Assembly: GCF_004010195.1 (NCBI RefSeq)
Contig: NC_057751.1
Coordinates: 12,049,290 to 12,069,289, forward strand
Source: Chiloscyllium plagiosum
Lineage: Eukaryota
Direction: 5' to 3'
Length of the DNA: 20,000 nt
Both the position numbers and the translations under genes were made by a program. Below, piece by piece: positions 9,695 through 20,000 of the stretch. Below the pieces are notes generated by a model. The model had not been told where the DNA came from and made no database searches. It saw only the letters and a list, made by a program, of their open reading frames with translations. How positions within the stretch are numbered: position 1 is the first letter of the stretch; every line of letters starts with the position of its first letter.

Positions 9695-10055
9695 TTATGA
9701 GATACAAGATTGAGAGAAGCTAGTTTATTCTCCTTGGAGCAAATGAGGCTGAGGGAAACTTAGTGGAGGTGTACAAGATTATGAAAGGTTTAGATAGCCT
9801 AGAAAACAAAATGATCCCAACTAGCTAATGGTATAAGGATGACAGGGGAAACACAGATTTAACAGAGGTGTAGGGAGGATGTGAAGAAAAATGTTTTAAT
9901 GCTGTGATAATGATGATCTGGAACTCCTTGTCTATGACGGTGGTGGATGTAGAAACAATCAATGATCTTGACAGGGAGTTGAATACAAATTGTGCAAAAT
10001 AGGGTTACATGTAGGGTAGAGAGATGGAGTAAGGAAATGTTGTCTCTGTAGGCTG
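9695..10055 (+). mobile_element. Old CR1 3' fragment
   Basis: LFSLEQMRLRE...EVYKIMKG (~9724-9789) and a degenerate IWNSL (~9916). Confidence 0.6.
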
Positions 10056-10269
10056 AATATGTTAAATTGTTTTTTAATATAGTAAAACAGGACTTATGAT
10101 GTAAAATTTATCAGCTAAACTATTTCAAACTTGTTGCTTAAAAGTTATTTTATCTAATTTAGTTTCGATTCTGCAGTTTCTCAACAAATAAAACTTTCTG
10201 TATTGAAGAAACGTGTTCTCTGCGTAGACGGATTGTGTATTCATTAACATAATTGAAACATATTCTGTG

Positions 10270-11425
10270 GACAATGAACCTGCTGGCAATGGAAAGGATG
10301 CTTCCTCTTGTGGGAGAATCTACAGCCAATTGTCGCAGTTTAAAAATAAGAGGGCAGCTATGGTGTTACATTGTGGTGGTTGAACCCCTCTGTTAATTAA
10401 ACCAAACACCCAGAAAAACTCACCTCACTTCACAATCTGTTAAAATATGAGTGACAGAGAACTCCTAAATTCCACTATTTAAAGAAAAAAAAACCAATTT
10501 ATTTTCTAACTCTACTAGTGAACATTAAACAAAAAAAAATCACAAATCCAAACCCCTTTTCTCTGATGTACTTACTGTCTGACACCAATTCTATAAAAAT
10601 ATGCTGTTCCAATCAAACACATATTAAAATTACATTAACTTAATCTCAAAATCACACAGTCTTTGTCTTCCCCAGTGTCTTCAGTTTTTCTGCTGCTGAC
10701 CTCCCTCGGTCGCCTTCTTTCTTTTTACTGTGAATAGGCTTTACATGAAAAGGTATCCTTGATAGAGAGGGTTTTTTTCTGATTTTTTTAAGAACACAAC
10801 GTTAGATGGGCAGTTAGCTCTCCAGCAGTTTCTCTCTCTGTGACAGTTGCTCTCTGACCAATTTTCAAAAGGTTTTTTCAAATTCTTATACTCCCATAAT
10901 CAGATCATCTCATTGCTTTGACACTGGCAAAACATTAAATTCAAACTCAACTGGGTTTTAGTACCCTGGGACATCATTTAAACTGCTTAAATTTGAATTG
11001 TTGTCAAAACAGCAAATAAAATTCAGGTATTCATTTCACAGCCAAATGTCACACATTTTCAATTTTCCAGTACACTCTGAGACTGACATCTAGTCATATA
11101 CACAGGTACTTATAATCTCTCAGTTCAGAAAAACATTCTCTCTCTCTTAAAGGCATAGTACACACCTTCAACTTCATTGCAATAGAGATAAGGAAATTTT
11201 TCTGAGTTTTGAGAGTCTTTGGAATTCCCTTCCTGAAAAGGCAGTAGGTGCAGAATCATTCAATATTTTTAAGGCAAGGTAGACAGATTCTTGATTATCA
11301 AGGGGATGAAAGATTATCAGAGGTAAACAGGAATATAAATAAAGTTCAGGGTAAAGTCTGATCAGCCATTATCTTATAGAGTCATACCTTATTGGATGAT
11401 GGAGCAGGCTCCTTGTTCATATGTT
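10270..11425 (+). mobile_element. CR1 3' fragment split by an LTR-like insertion
   Basis: ...tttaaaaataagagggcagc (to ~10358) continues at ~11180 as gagataaggaaattttt...ctttggaattcccttcc...gattcttgatt, ending ctccttgttcatatgtt. Confidence 0.65.
10364..11176 (-). mobile_element. Probable solo LTR (~810 bp)
   Basis: Non-coding block starting TGTTACA and ending ...CTTCA that cleanly interrupts a CR1 tail. AATAAA on the minus strand at ~10498-10503. No clear TSD. Confidence 0.55.
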
Positions 11426-11533
11426 GAAAGTACATGAAATAATGCATGTCTCAGACAACTTATCTGAATATCTCTGACAACTTAATACTTTCAAGGAAGA
11501 TACTGGACAACTATGTTGCTCTTTTCGCTTCAT

Positions 11534-11666
11534 AAAATCAAAGAAATTTTGATGCTGGAGATCTGGATTCTGAAGACGTCATAGCAGACTCAAAATGTTC
11601 ACTCTGTTTCTCTCCACAAATGCTGCCACATCTTCTAATTTCTCCAGCGTTCTCTGCTTTTGTCTC
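11534..11666 (+). mobile_element. Old Penelope-type pseudo-LTR fragment with decayed hammerhead
   Basis: CTGAAGA at 11570-11576, gtc...gac stem remnant, CAAAA in place of CGAAA, followed by ctccacaaatgctgcc...ttctccagc. Preceded by an inverted gatgctggagatctg piece. Confidence 0.55.
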
Positions 11667-11774
11667 TTAGTCTTGTTGTGCATACTCCCCTTTTTGCTAC
11701 ATATGATACATATGGTAAATTTTGTTGGCATTCAACAGCAAAGTGGTGTAGGTTTGGCATAGTTTAGTTTGGAG

Positions 11775-12050
11775 TAAAGGGAAGACCTTTTAAAATGAAG
11801 ATAAGGAGAAATTTCTTCAGCCAGAGAGTGGTCAATCTATAGAATTCATTGCATCAAAAGAATGTGGGGGCAGGTCATTGAGTATAGTTAATATGGAGAT
11901 AGGTAGTTCTTGAGTATCAAGGGGATCTAGGGTTACAGGGAGAAAGCGGAGAATAGGGTTGAGAAACTTATCAGTCAGAATTGAATGGCAGGGCACTTGA
12001 TGGGCTGAATGGCCTAATTTCTGCTCATAGGCTCTTATCTGTCCTTATCT
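11775..12050 (+). mobile_element. CR1 3' end
   Basis: RRNFFSQRVVNL*NSL (~11805-11850) and a tail ending gatgggctgaatggcctaatt...cttatctgtccttat. Confidence 0.75.
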
Positions 12051-12069
12051 TAATGATCCCATACTAACT

Positions 12070-12200
12070 GGTAGTGCAGTGGTTAAATGGCTAAACCAAT
12101 ATTCCTGAGGTATGGCAAAATAATCCAGAGAATAAGAGCTCAAAGCATACTGAGACAGTTTGATAATTTTATTTCAGTATCTAAAATCAAACTGGTATTT
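12070..12200 (+). mobile_element. Degenerate tRNA-derived SINE head
   Basis: tagtgcagtgg (A-box-like)...taatccagag...gagctcaaagc (B-box remnant), with a layout similar to the head of the 8225-8472 SINE. Confidence 0.4.
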
Positions 12201-12550
12201 TCACAGAAAAATGTTAATATTTCATTGATAAAGAGTTAGCAGGTTTTATCAACCATGCTATCAAACACTGAGCAATAAGCTGCTCAGTGATGCCCAGTTT
12301 CGGCTCCGCCAGGGCCACATAGTTCCTGACTTCATTACGGCCTTGGTTCAAATATGGACAAAAGAGCTGAATTCCAGAGGTAAGGAGAGAGTATTAGCCC
12401 TTGACAGCAAGACCGCATTTGGCCAAACGTGGCATCAAAGAACCCTAGCAAAACTGAAATCAATGGGAATCGGGGAAAACTCTCCCCTGGTTTGAGTCTC
12501 ATACCTGGTACATAGGAAGATAGTCATGCTTATTGAATGTCAGTCATCTA

Positions 12551-15550
12551 AGGAGGGACCCAATCTTGAGTTTGAAAGGATCAAACAAAGTAATTTTGAT
12601 AGGTGGATAAGGGCATTGAAAATAGATCAAACATATGATCTTAGAGAGAAGATTAGTTTGAAGGATTTCAAAAGAAACTTCCTGAAGTAGTGGGAACTCA
12701 TGTGGAAGAGCAGAAAGTTAAGACTGCAAGATTTGCAATGGAAATGGCAGATGATTAGGAGTTCGTTCATAAATCAAAGTTTGGTTTCAAGATATCAATT
12801 TCGATCAGTGAGAGATAGAAACGGGGAAAAGATAAACTCTCAGATGGCAAAAGAAAAAGGAGATCTCACTGAAGATAGTAAAGATCGTTTACGACAGAAT
12901 AAGAAGGAAACCCATGAGGGGGAAAGAGAAGTAAAAAAAAAGCTCAAGCGTTTTCACTGTAATAAAGCAGGCCACATGAAATCGTAGTGTTGGTGGTTGA
13001 GAAAAATCAATGTAAAGGCAGATATGAAAAAATGGAATAAGTCAGTGAGTTTTGCTGAAATGGTAAAAGAAAGCACAGTGCACGCTAAAAAACTGCAACC
13101 TGATCGGGGTTGGTTAAAAAGGAAATTCCAGATCTCTTTAAAAGAAGTTACTTGTGTGGGTAAGGTTTACACATGTATGCCAGGAGAAGCAGGGAAAGAA
13201 ATTAAGATTTTAAAAGATGCAGGAGCATGTCAATCTTTGATGGTGAGAAATGAGCAGATATGTAATTCAGAAGGAGTACTACCAGAAAATCTGATAACAA
13301 GTATTTCATTATATAAAGTGAGGCTTGAGGGTCCAGTAAAAAGTAGTAAAGTGGTGATAGGAACATTAGAGGAATTCTCAGTTCCAGAAAGACAGGTTAC
13401 CCTTGGTAATGATATGACTGGATCACAGATGGGAGGGACAGCGGAAGACAAGACAACTGAGGTATTAAAGGAAGTATATCCTGGGATTTTTCCTGTGTGG
13501 TGACAAGGTCACAAAGCCACAGGGTGAAACAGGAGGAGAAATCCAAGAATAAAGATAAGGGAGTTGAAGTTCAATTATCAGAAACGATGTTTGATCAAAT
13601 AGTTGAGAAAAAACAATAACTGGTGGAGGACAAAGTGGATTTCTTTAATTGAGAGAAATTAGCTGAATTACAACATGAAGAGGAAAATCTAAAGCAGTTA
13701 TACCAAAAAGCACACACAGAAGAACAATCTGAGTGTATCTCAGAATGTTACAATCTTAAAAATGAAGCCTTGATGAGAAGATGGGGACCATCACATATTC
13801 AGGTGAATGAGAAATGAGCACATATTTATCAAGTTGTATTGTAGATGGTTTACAGAAAGGAAGTGTTGTGGGTAGCACATGACTACCGGTAGAAGGGCAT
13901 TTGGGAGTAAGGAAATTCCAAGTCAAAATATGCAAACATTCTTAATGACCTGAACTGCATAAGGATGTGGTTGAACTTTGTCAGACATGTCATTTGTGTC
14001 AGGTAGTTAGGCAACATCAGGCCAACTACCATCACCCTTTCCCACCACTGTCACACTTAAGGAACCTTTTGCAAGAGTCTTAATTGATTGCATTGGATTT
14101 CTCCCAAAAACAGAGTGGTATTCAGTATTTGTTTACCATAATATATGTGTCTACTAGATTTCCAGAGGCAGTATCACAACATTATGCAGTAACACAGCTA
14201 AAAGAATTGTAGAAAAGTTACTCAAATTTTTCACTGGATATGGACTACCCACAGAAGTACAATCAGATCTTAAGGGTCAAATTGTACATATGGGTTATTA
14301 TGGATAGCTTAAGAATAAAACAATTCAAATCCACTGTATACCATCCAGAATCGCAGGGAGCATTAGTACAGTGGCGTTAAACTTCAATAACATGTTGCCA
14401 GCTCACAGTCAAGACTGCCCAGAGGATCGCGATGAAGGAATTCCATTCCCTTTTTCAATTAGGGATGCACCAAATAAATCAAATTCAGTCCATTTGAATT
14501 AGTTTTCGGACATGAGGTGAGAGGATTACTGAGATTAATTCAGGAAAAATTGGTAAGTCAAAGCTAAGACAATGTGTCAGATCTGAGGGAAAGATTAAGT
14601 AGAGCAGGTCTGTTGGCTAGACAGCACTTGAAAGTAGCACAGCATGTGATGACACAGGAAACAGACAAGAAATCAGAAATTTGGAATTTTGTTTATGAAG
14701 TGTGCTCCTTAATCAACTTCAGGAGGCAGCTTTGTGCCAAACCTGGCCAATAGTGAGCTTTCAAAAGCCCAAGTCACTTTCCTGCACTATGTCACTGTAC
14801 ATGGATAAATGGCCACACGGGATTTGAATACAAAGGTTATAAGGGAAGTGAAGAGGAAACTTCTACAATTCCTGGGATTGAGTGGGTTTTTTTTATCAGA
14901 AATTTGCACCAAATTTACTAGAGTGGTTAATCCACTGACTGACTTGTTGAAAAAATGTAGAAAATTTCAATGGACAGAGAGCTGTCAGAAAGCGTTTGAC
15001 AGCCCAAAAGCTATGTTAACCACTGCTCCAGTGTTAGCCAAATTATGCAAAGACATTTAAAGCAGCTTTTAATGTGAGTGATGTGGGTGTTGGTGTTATA
15101 CTCTTGCAAGAAGACGAAGAGAAGATAGAAAAAAATTATTGGGTATTTTTACAGAAAATTGAATAATCTTCCACAATGGGGGAGACCTCGAGTTTGGTGT
15201 AGGCGCTTCAGCATTTCAACATTTATACTTCCAGTAATGTGTCTCGAGACAAATGTATATACTGATCACAATCGCCTAAAGATTTTGGCAAAATTAAAGG
15301 ATAAAAATTCCAAACTGTTCAGATGAAGCTTATTTTTGCAGCCATTCAATTTGAAAATTATACACAAGGCAAGTTAACAACATAATTGCTGATGTGTTGT
15401 TGCAATTCTGATGAATGATGATGGAGGCATTTGGTGGTGAGAAAAGGATTGAAATGGATGTAGTACTGAAAGTTTGCATGCCTAGTCTCAAAGTAATGTA
15501 TAAAGGTTTTTAAAAATGAAGACATCTTTGTATATTGATGGGTTTTTTTC
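12551..15550 (+). mobile_element. Decayed Ty3/Gypsy LTR retrotransposon internal region, Gmr1-like order gag-PR-IN-(RT)-RH
   Basis: Gag FERIKQSNFDRWIRAL (~12572); zinc knuckle RFHCNKAGHMKS*C (12949-12990); protease ILKDAGACQS (13207-13236); IN H..GHLG..CQTCHLC (~13878-13999); IN core LIDCIG (~14080), QSD (~14260), YHPESQG (~14339); RT thumb QFLGLSGF...PLTDLLKK...FQWTESCQKAF (14865-14997); RNase H DVGVGVILLQ (~15080) and TDHN (15261). Confidence 0.9.
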
Positions 15551-15554
15551 AGGC

Positions 15555-16172
15555 TTTAAAAAGTATATTTGTTCTGCTATCTTTTGTGAAGAAAGTTTGG
15601 GACAGAGGTACTGAGCAGTCTGCTCAAACCCAATAGATAAAACAGCTTGTGAGGCCTAAGGGCTTTTTGTTTAAGTTCAAACAATAGAAGCAACCTGAAT
15701 GGATGAGATTAAGCTTCCACAGAATCAGGATTTTTAGTTTTCGTTTTCTGCCATTACTGGAGTCTTGAAGCTGGATGTGGAAGCTCTTATTCCTTTCTCT
15801 ATTGCAGCTTCAAGCTGCGTTTCTCTTCCTGCTGCTAGAATTGCATGTGGAACAATCTACATTCTTTTTGCTTTTGCCAAATATGTGTTTATGGGACTTA
15901 CTACATTGGAAGAGGCATTAACAGTCATTATTATTTTGTTAAGCATTTTGCTGGAGTTATTGTTAAGCCAATTATTTTATTTCATTTTTATTACATCTGT
16001 ATTTTAATTTTGGCATAAAAATAAAGTGTGTTTTGCATAACATTGAGTAGTTTGCTCAATCAAATTGCATCCGGACCACAATGCTTTACACGTACCTTCT
16101 AAAATAAGACAAACTTAGAGTCTAGACTATCTTCTTAATATATTTTGTCTGAGTTCAGTCTGGTCCATAATA
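15555..16172 (+). mobile_element. 3' LTR of the Gypsy element (5' edge uncertain)
   Basis: Follows the pol end, has AATAAA at ~16020, and ends tctggtccataATA where the host CR1 resumes. Its 3' part resembles the LTR end at 18220-18366. Confidence 0.7.
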
Positions 16173-17034
16173 TATTCATGCCACATAAATGCTAGGCAAT
16201 GACCATCTCCAATAAAAACAATCACTGCCACTTGACATTAAATGGTGTCACCATCATTGAATTTCCCATGAGCAACATCTTTGGGGTTACCATTGACCAG
16301 AAATTCAAGTGGACTCACCAAATAAACACAATGGCTACAAAATCAAGTCAGAGGCTGGGAATACATTAGTAAGTAACTCACCTCCAGACTCCTCAAAGCC
16401 TGTCCACCAACCACAAGGCACAAGTCAGGATTATGATGGATATTCCCCACTTTCCAGGATGTGTGCAGCTCCACCAATACTCAAGAATCTCAACACCATC
16501 CAGAACAAAGGAGCCCACATAATTGGCACTCCATCCACAACCATCTACTTCCACCACCACCATTGCTAAGTAGCAGCAATGAGCACTATCTACAAGATGC
16601 TCTGCAAAAATTCGCCAAAGATCTTAGACAGCACCTTCCAAATCAGCAATTGCATGCATCTCAAAGAACAAGGGTAGCAGAGAGATGGGAATATCACTGG
16701 CTGCCTGTTCTCCATCGAGCATCTCACAATCCTGACTTGGAAATACATCATCATTCCTTCACCGTTGCTGGAACAAAATCCTGGAATTCCCTCCCTCAGG
16801 ATATTGTGCATTAACCCACAGCATATGAACTACAACAGTTCAAGAAGGCTGTGTGACAATGCTATTACTTAAAGAGGCTATCTTGTCCTCTTTTTGAAGA
16901 GAGGTTGTAAGGCAAACATGCACAATGAAGAAGATTTCAGTAAACAATTGGGAGGCCTTGTGTTTTTTTAACAGCCTGAATAGGTGCGGCTAGCTCTCAC
17001 AGATACAGATTTCCATGTTTTGTTTTTAATCAGT

Positions 17035-17358
17035 AGAAACTTGAAATCCCTATAGTGTGGAAGCAGGCCATTCATCCCACCGAGTATATACAGTCCCTCC
17101 AAAGAGCATCCCATTCAGACACACACCCCAACCTCTCATCCTATCCCTATAACCCCGCATTTTCCATGGCTATTCCACCTATCCTGCACAGCCCAGTTGA
17201 CTATGGGCATTTTAACTTTTGGACTATGGAAGGAAACCACAGCACACGTCAGAAATCCATGCAGACACGGGAAAATGTGCAAACTCCACACAGTCACCCA
17301 AGGATGGAATGGAACCGCTGGCACTTCGAGGCAGCAGTGCTAACCACTGAGCCGCCAT
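17035..17358 (-). mobile_element. HE1-type V-SINE
   Basis: Minus strand: A box CGGCTCAGTGG (17344-17354), B box GGTTCCATTCC (17306-17316), V-domain gtgtggagtttgcacattttcccgtgtctgcatgg...ggtttccttccatagtccaaa, and a CR1-type tail ggatgaatggcctgcttccacactatagggatt. Confidence 0.85.
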
Positions 17359-17539
17359 ACAATAAGATGAAAAGATATTAGAGTCTCAAAAGATTTGGAA
17401 TCTTCAGTGAATGTTTCTTGGTGACTATTCTCTCAGAATCTTTTCTTGATTTTCTTTCTTCCTGGTTTGGAGAACTGCATGTGAGAATCTGTCTGAATTT
17501 TTATTTTTGCCAAGGGAAGTGTTCAGGGGATTGGAACAG

Positions 17540-18111
17540 GGTGAAAGTGAGGCCTGGAGATCAGAGTCTAGATTAGAGTGGTGCTGGAAAAACACAGCAG
17601 GTCAGGCAGCATCCGAGGAGCAGGAAAATCGATGTTTCGAGCATAAGCCCTTCATCAGGAATGGGGCAAGGGGCCTCAATGGTGGAGAGATAAATGGGGA
17701 GGGGGGGTGGGGCTGGGGAGGAGGTAGCCAAGAGTACAATAAGTGGATGGAGGTGGGGATGAAGGTGATAGGTCGAAGAGGAGGGTGGAGTGGATAGAAG
17801 GGAAGGAAGATTGGCAGGTAGGACAGGTCATGAGGATGGTGCTGAGCTGGAAGGTTGGAAGTGGGGTAAGGTTGGGGGAGGGGAAATGAGGAAACTGGTG
17901 AAGTCCACATTGATGCCCTGGAGTTGAAGTGTTCCGAGGCGTCGGGTGGTGAGGGAGTGGTGGTGGAGGAGGCCCAGCACCTGCATATCCTCGGCAGAGT
18001 GGGAGGGGGAGTTGAAGTGTTCGGCCACGGGGTGGTGGGGTTGATTGGTGCGGGTGTTCTGGAGATGTTCCCTAAAGCACCATGTGAGAAGGCGACCAGT
18101 CTCCCCATTGT
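17540..18111 (-). mobile_element. Penelope-like element fragment with 10-bp TSD
   Basis: ATTGGAACAG at 17530-17539 and 18112-18121. Minus strand encodes GIY-YIG remnants (AEHFNSPSHS...GTLQLQGINVDF) and is clearly homologous to 3263-3720. Confidence 0.9.
17627..17662 (-). ncRNA. Minimal hammerhead ribozyme motif (partly mutated)
   Basis: Minus strand ATTC-CTGATGA-A-GGGC-TTAT-GCTC-GAAA-C-ATC-GATT. Core intact, one G-U pair in stem II, GTC changed to ATC. Confidence 0.7.
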
Positions 18112-18540
18112 ATTGGAACAGTTAATTAGTAATATTACTGTATCTACTATTCTGTTAAGTTTTCAATCTGTTATGATAAAATTCATCTTTTCTTTTATTG
18201 TATTTTAACTACAGTATATAAATAAATTGTTTTGCTAAATGACGAGTGGTTTGACCAGTCATATTACATTTGAGATATTTTACACTTGTCTTTGAAGTAA
18301 TAAAAAGTTAGGGTCTAGTCTACCTTCTGAAAATATTTTTAAAGGGGTCTGGTCTGGTCACTAACAGCGGTTAACCACCTCCTTCTCAAGGTCAACTAGG
18401 GATGGACAATAAATGACGGCCAGCCAGCAACATTCACATCCCACAAGTGAATAAAAAACGTCATACTAAGATCGCTGCTAAGAATTCTGTACATGTGATT
18501 GTCCTTAAACTATGTGTGATGTGCTAGAATGACCCAATGA

Positions 18541-20000
18541 CTATGATCCAATGCATGTGGTGAGGACAGTGCAGGAGAGAGAGAGAGAAAACAAAACCCT
18601 ACAGTTATTGCCTTTGCTGTTTTTGAATTCATGTATCGCTGGACATCGGAGTGCATCTGGGAAAATTAACAAACAGTGAATTTCACAACTAATCTTGGAG
18701 GAACCTGTTTGAGTGAAGTTCACAACACAGAATCAGATAAGTTAATCGTTGTATTAAGTCTGTCCAATAGAAAGGCTGCAGTCGTGAGTACAGTGGGTTC
18801 TTTCTTGATTATATGTTTTTGGAGATAAGTCTCTTGATTAAACTTAAAATATAAGCCATAACTATTAATTTAACCTGGTGCAGTGTTTTGTAGAGAAATA
18901 AGACGGTTTTATTTTCTGGGTCTGTAGATTGTGAAGGAGCAAAAATGGCCTTTGCAGTGATATGTACTTCTTGTCAGATGTGGGAGTTTAAAGAGAGTTT
19001 AAGGGTTACTGCGGATTATATCTGCCATCAATACTGTTGGATGCAAATCTTATCAGATCGAATGGATTGGTTGGAGAGACAGTTAGAAGCGATGAGGAAT
19101 TTGCAACATTAACAGTATGTGATGGATGGCAGTTATAGGAAGGGGGGAAAGTCTCAGATACAGTCACATAGATGGGTTAACTCCAGGAAGGTAGGCACCT
19201 AGGGCAGGAGTCTTTTATGGGTATACCCATTTCAAACAGGTATGCTGTTTTGGAAAATGTAGGGGGTGATGGATTCTCAGGGGAACGTAGCACGAACAAC
19301 CAAGTTTCTGGTATTGAGACTGGCTCTAATGCAATGAGGGGGACGTCGGCTTCCAAGAGATTAATTGTGTTAGGGGATTCTGTAGTCCGAGGAACAGACA
19401 GATGTTCCTGTGGCCAGCAGAGAAAAAGTAGAATGGTGTGTTGTTTCCCTGGTGCAGGATCGAGGATGTCTCAGAGAGGGTGCAGAATGTTCTCACGGGG
19501 AAGAGGGGCCAGCAAGAAGTCATTGTCCACATTTGAACCAACAAGATAGGAAGGGAAAAAGTTGAGATTCTGAAGGGAGATTACAGAGAGTTAGGCAGAA
19601 ATTTAAAAAGGTCATCAAGGGTAGTAATATCTGGATTACTCCCAGTGCTACGAGCTAGTGAGGGCAGAAATAGGAGAATAGAGCAGATGAATGCATGGCT
19701 GAGGAGCTGGTGTATGGGAGAAGGATTCACATTTTTGGATCATTGGAATATCTTTTGGGGTAGATGTGACCTGTACAAGAAGGACAGATTGCACCTAAAT
19801 TGGAAGGGGACTAATATACTGGCAGGGAAATTTGCTAGAACTGCTCGGGAGGATTTAAACGAGTAAGGTGGGGGGGGTGAGATCCAGGGAGAGAGTGAGG
19901 AAAGAGATCAATCTGAGACTGGTACAGTTGAGAACAGAAGTGAGTCAAACAGTCAGGGCAGGCAGGGACAAGGTAGGACGAATAAATTAAACTGCATTTA
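18541..20000 (+). mobile_element. 5' portion of a near full-length CR1 LINE: 5' UTR, decayed ORF1 (zinc finger, coiled coil, SGNH esterase) and start of ORF2
   Basis: ORF1 from ATG 18945: MAFAVICTSCQMWE...YICHQY...LSDRMDWLERQLEAMRNL, then LIVLGDSVVRG, VCCFPGA, ISGLLPV, GFTFLDHW, KDRLHLN, ending ~19866 with internal stops and frameshifts. The window ends on KLNCI, the start of the APE domain. Confidence 0.88.

Larger units (their letters stand above)
16852..18366 (+). mobile_element. Solo LTR (TGTGAC...TAACA) carrying nested SINE and Penelope insertions
   Basis: TG...CA termini, 4-bp TSD GCTG (16848-16851) / GCGG (18367-18370) with one mismatch. AATAAA at ~18221. Interrupts the CR1 tail caagaaggc|..aaccacc. 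Confidence 0.78.
12250..18460 (+). mobile_element. CR1-clade LINE (same family as 140-1840) broken into three pieces: 12250-12550, 16173-16851, 18367-18460
   Basis: The pieces align in order with 550-855, 1060-1750 and 1750-1835 of the first element, e.g. ggacaaaagagctg...ttccagagg, ttgaccag.aattcaa.tggactcacca, ccttctcaagg.caactag...cacatcccaca. Confidence 0.85.

Noticed and set aside
15765..16007. Hydrophobic 80-aa ORF as an env or membrane peptide
   Set aside because: It lies in the T-rich LTR and starts at TTG. The hydrophobicity follows from base composition.
17300..17358. tRNA gene
   Set aside because: A and B boxes are present but there is no cloverleaf, and it continues into V-SINE body and LINE tail.
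15555..18366. The two LTRs as the paired LTRs of one element
   Set aside because: They are similar mainly near their 3' ends, are separated by continuous host CR1 sequence, and the second has its own TSD.
1..20000. CRISPR array, prokaryotic operon or defence system
   Set aside because: There is no regularly spaced repeat-spacer array and no dense intact ORFs. The spliced gene and vertebrate retroelements explain the window.

Overview
Repeat-dense vertebrate genomic DNA, very probably from a cartilaginous fish (shark or ray), inferred from an HE1-type V-SINE and shark-like CR1 and Penelope families recognised from memory. The only host coding sequence is the last two exons of an indoleamine 2,3-dioxygenase, IDO2-like (+ strand, 7135-7283 and 7517-7890), with clean splice sites, the heme-ligand His and the GTGG motif. 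Nearly everything else is decayed, nested transposable element sequence: many CR1-clade LINE pieces, Penelope-like elements (GIY-YIG remnants, minimal hammerhead ribozymes, inverted termini), two SINE types, solo LTRs, and a decayed Gypsy element with the Gmr1-type order (integrase before RT/RNase H). The most notable items are a perfect 53-bp hairpin with a 13-bp TSD in the probable IDO2 3' UTR, four hammerhead motifs, and the Gmr1-like element. I found no convincing evidence of a wholly new biological system. TE boundaries are approximate unless a TSD is quoted.
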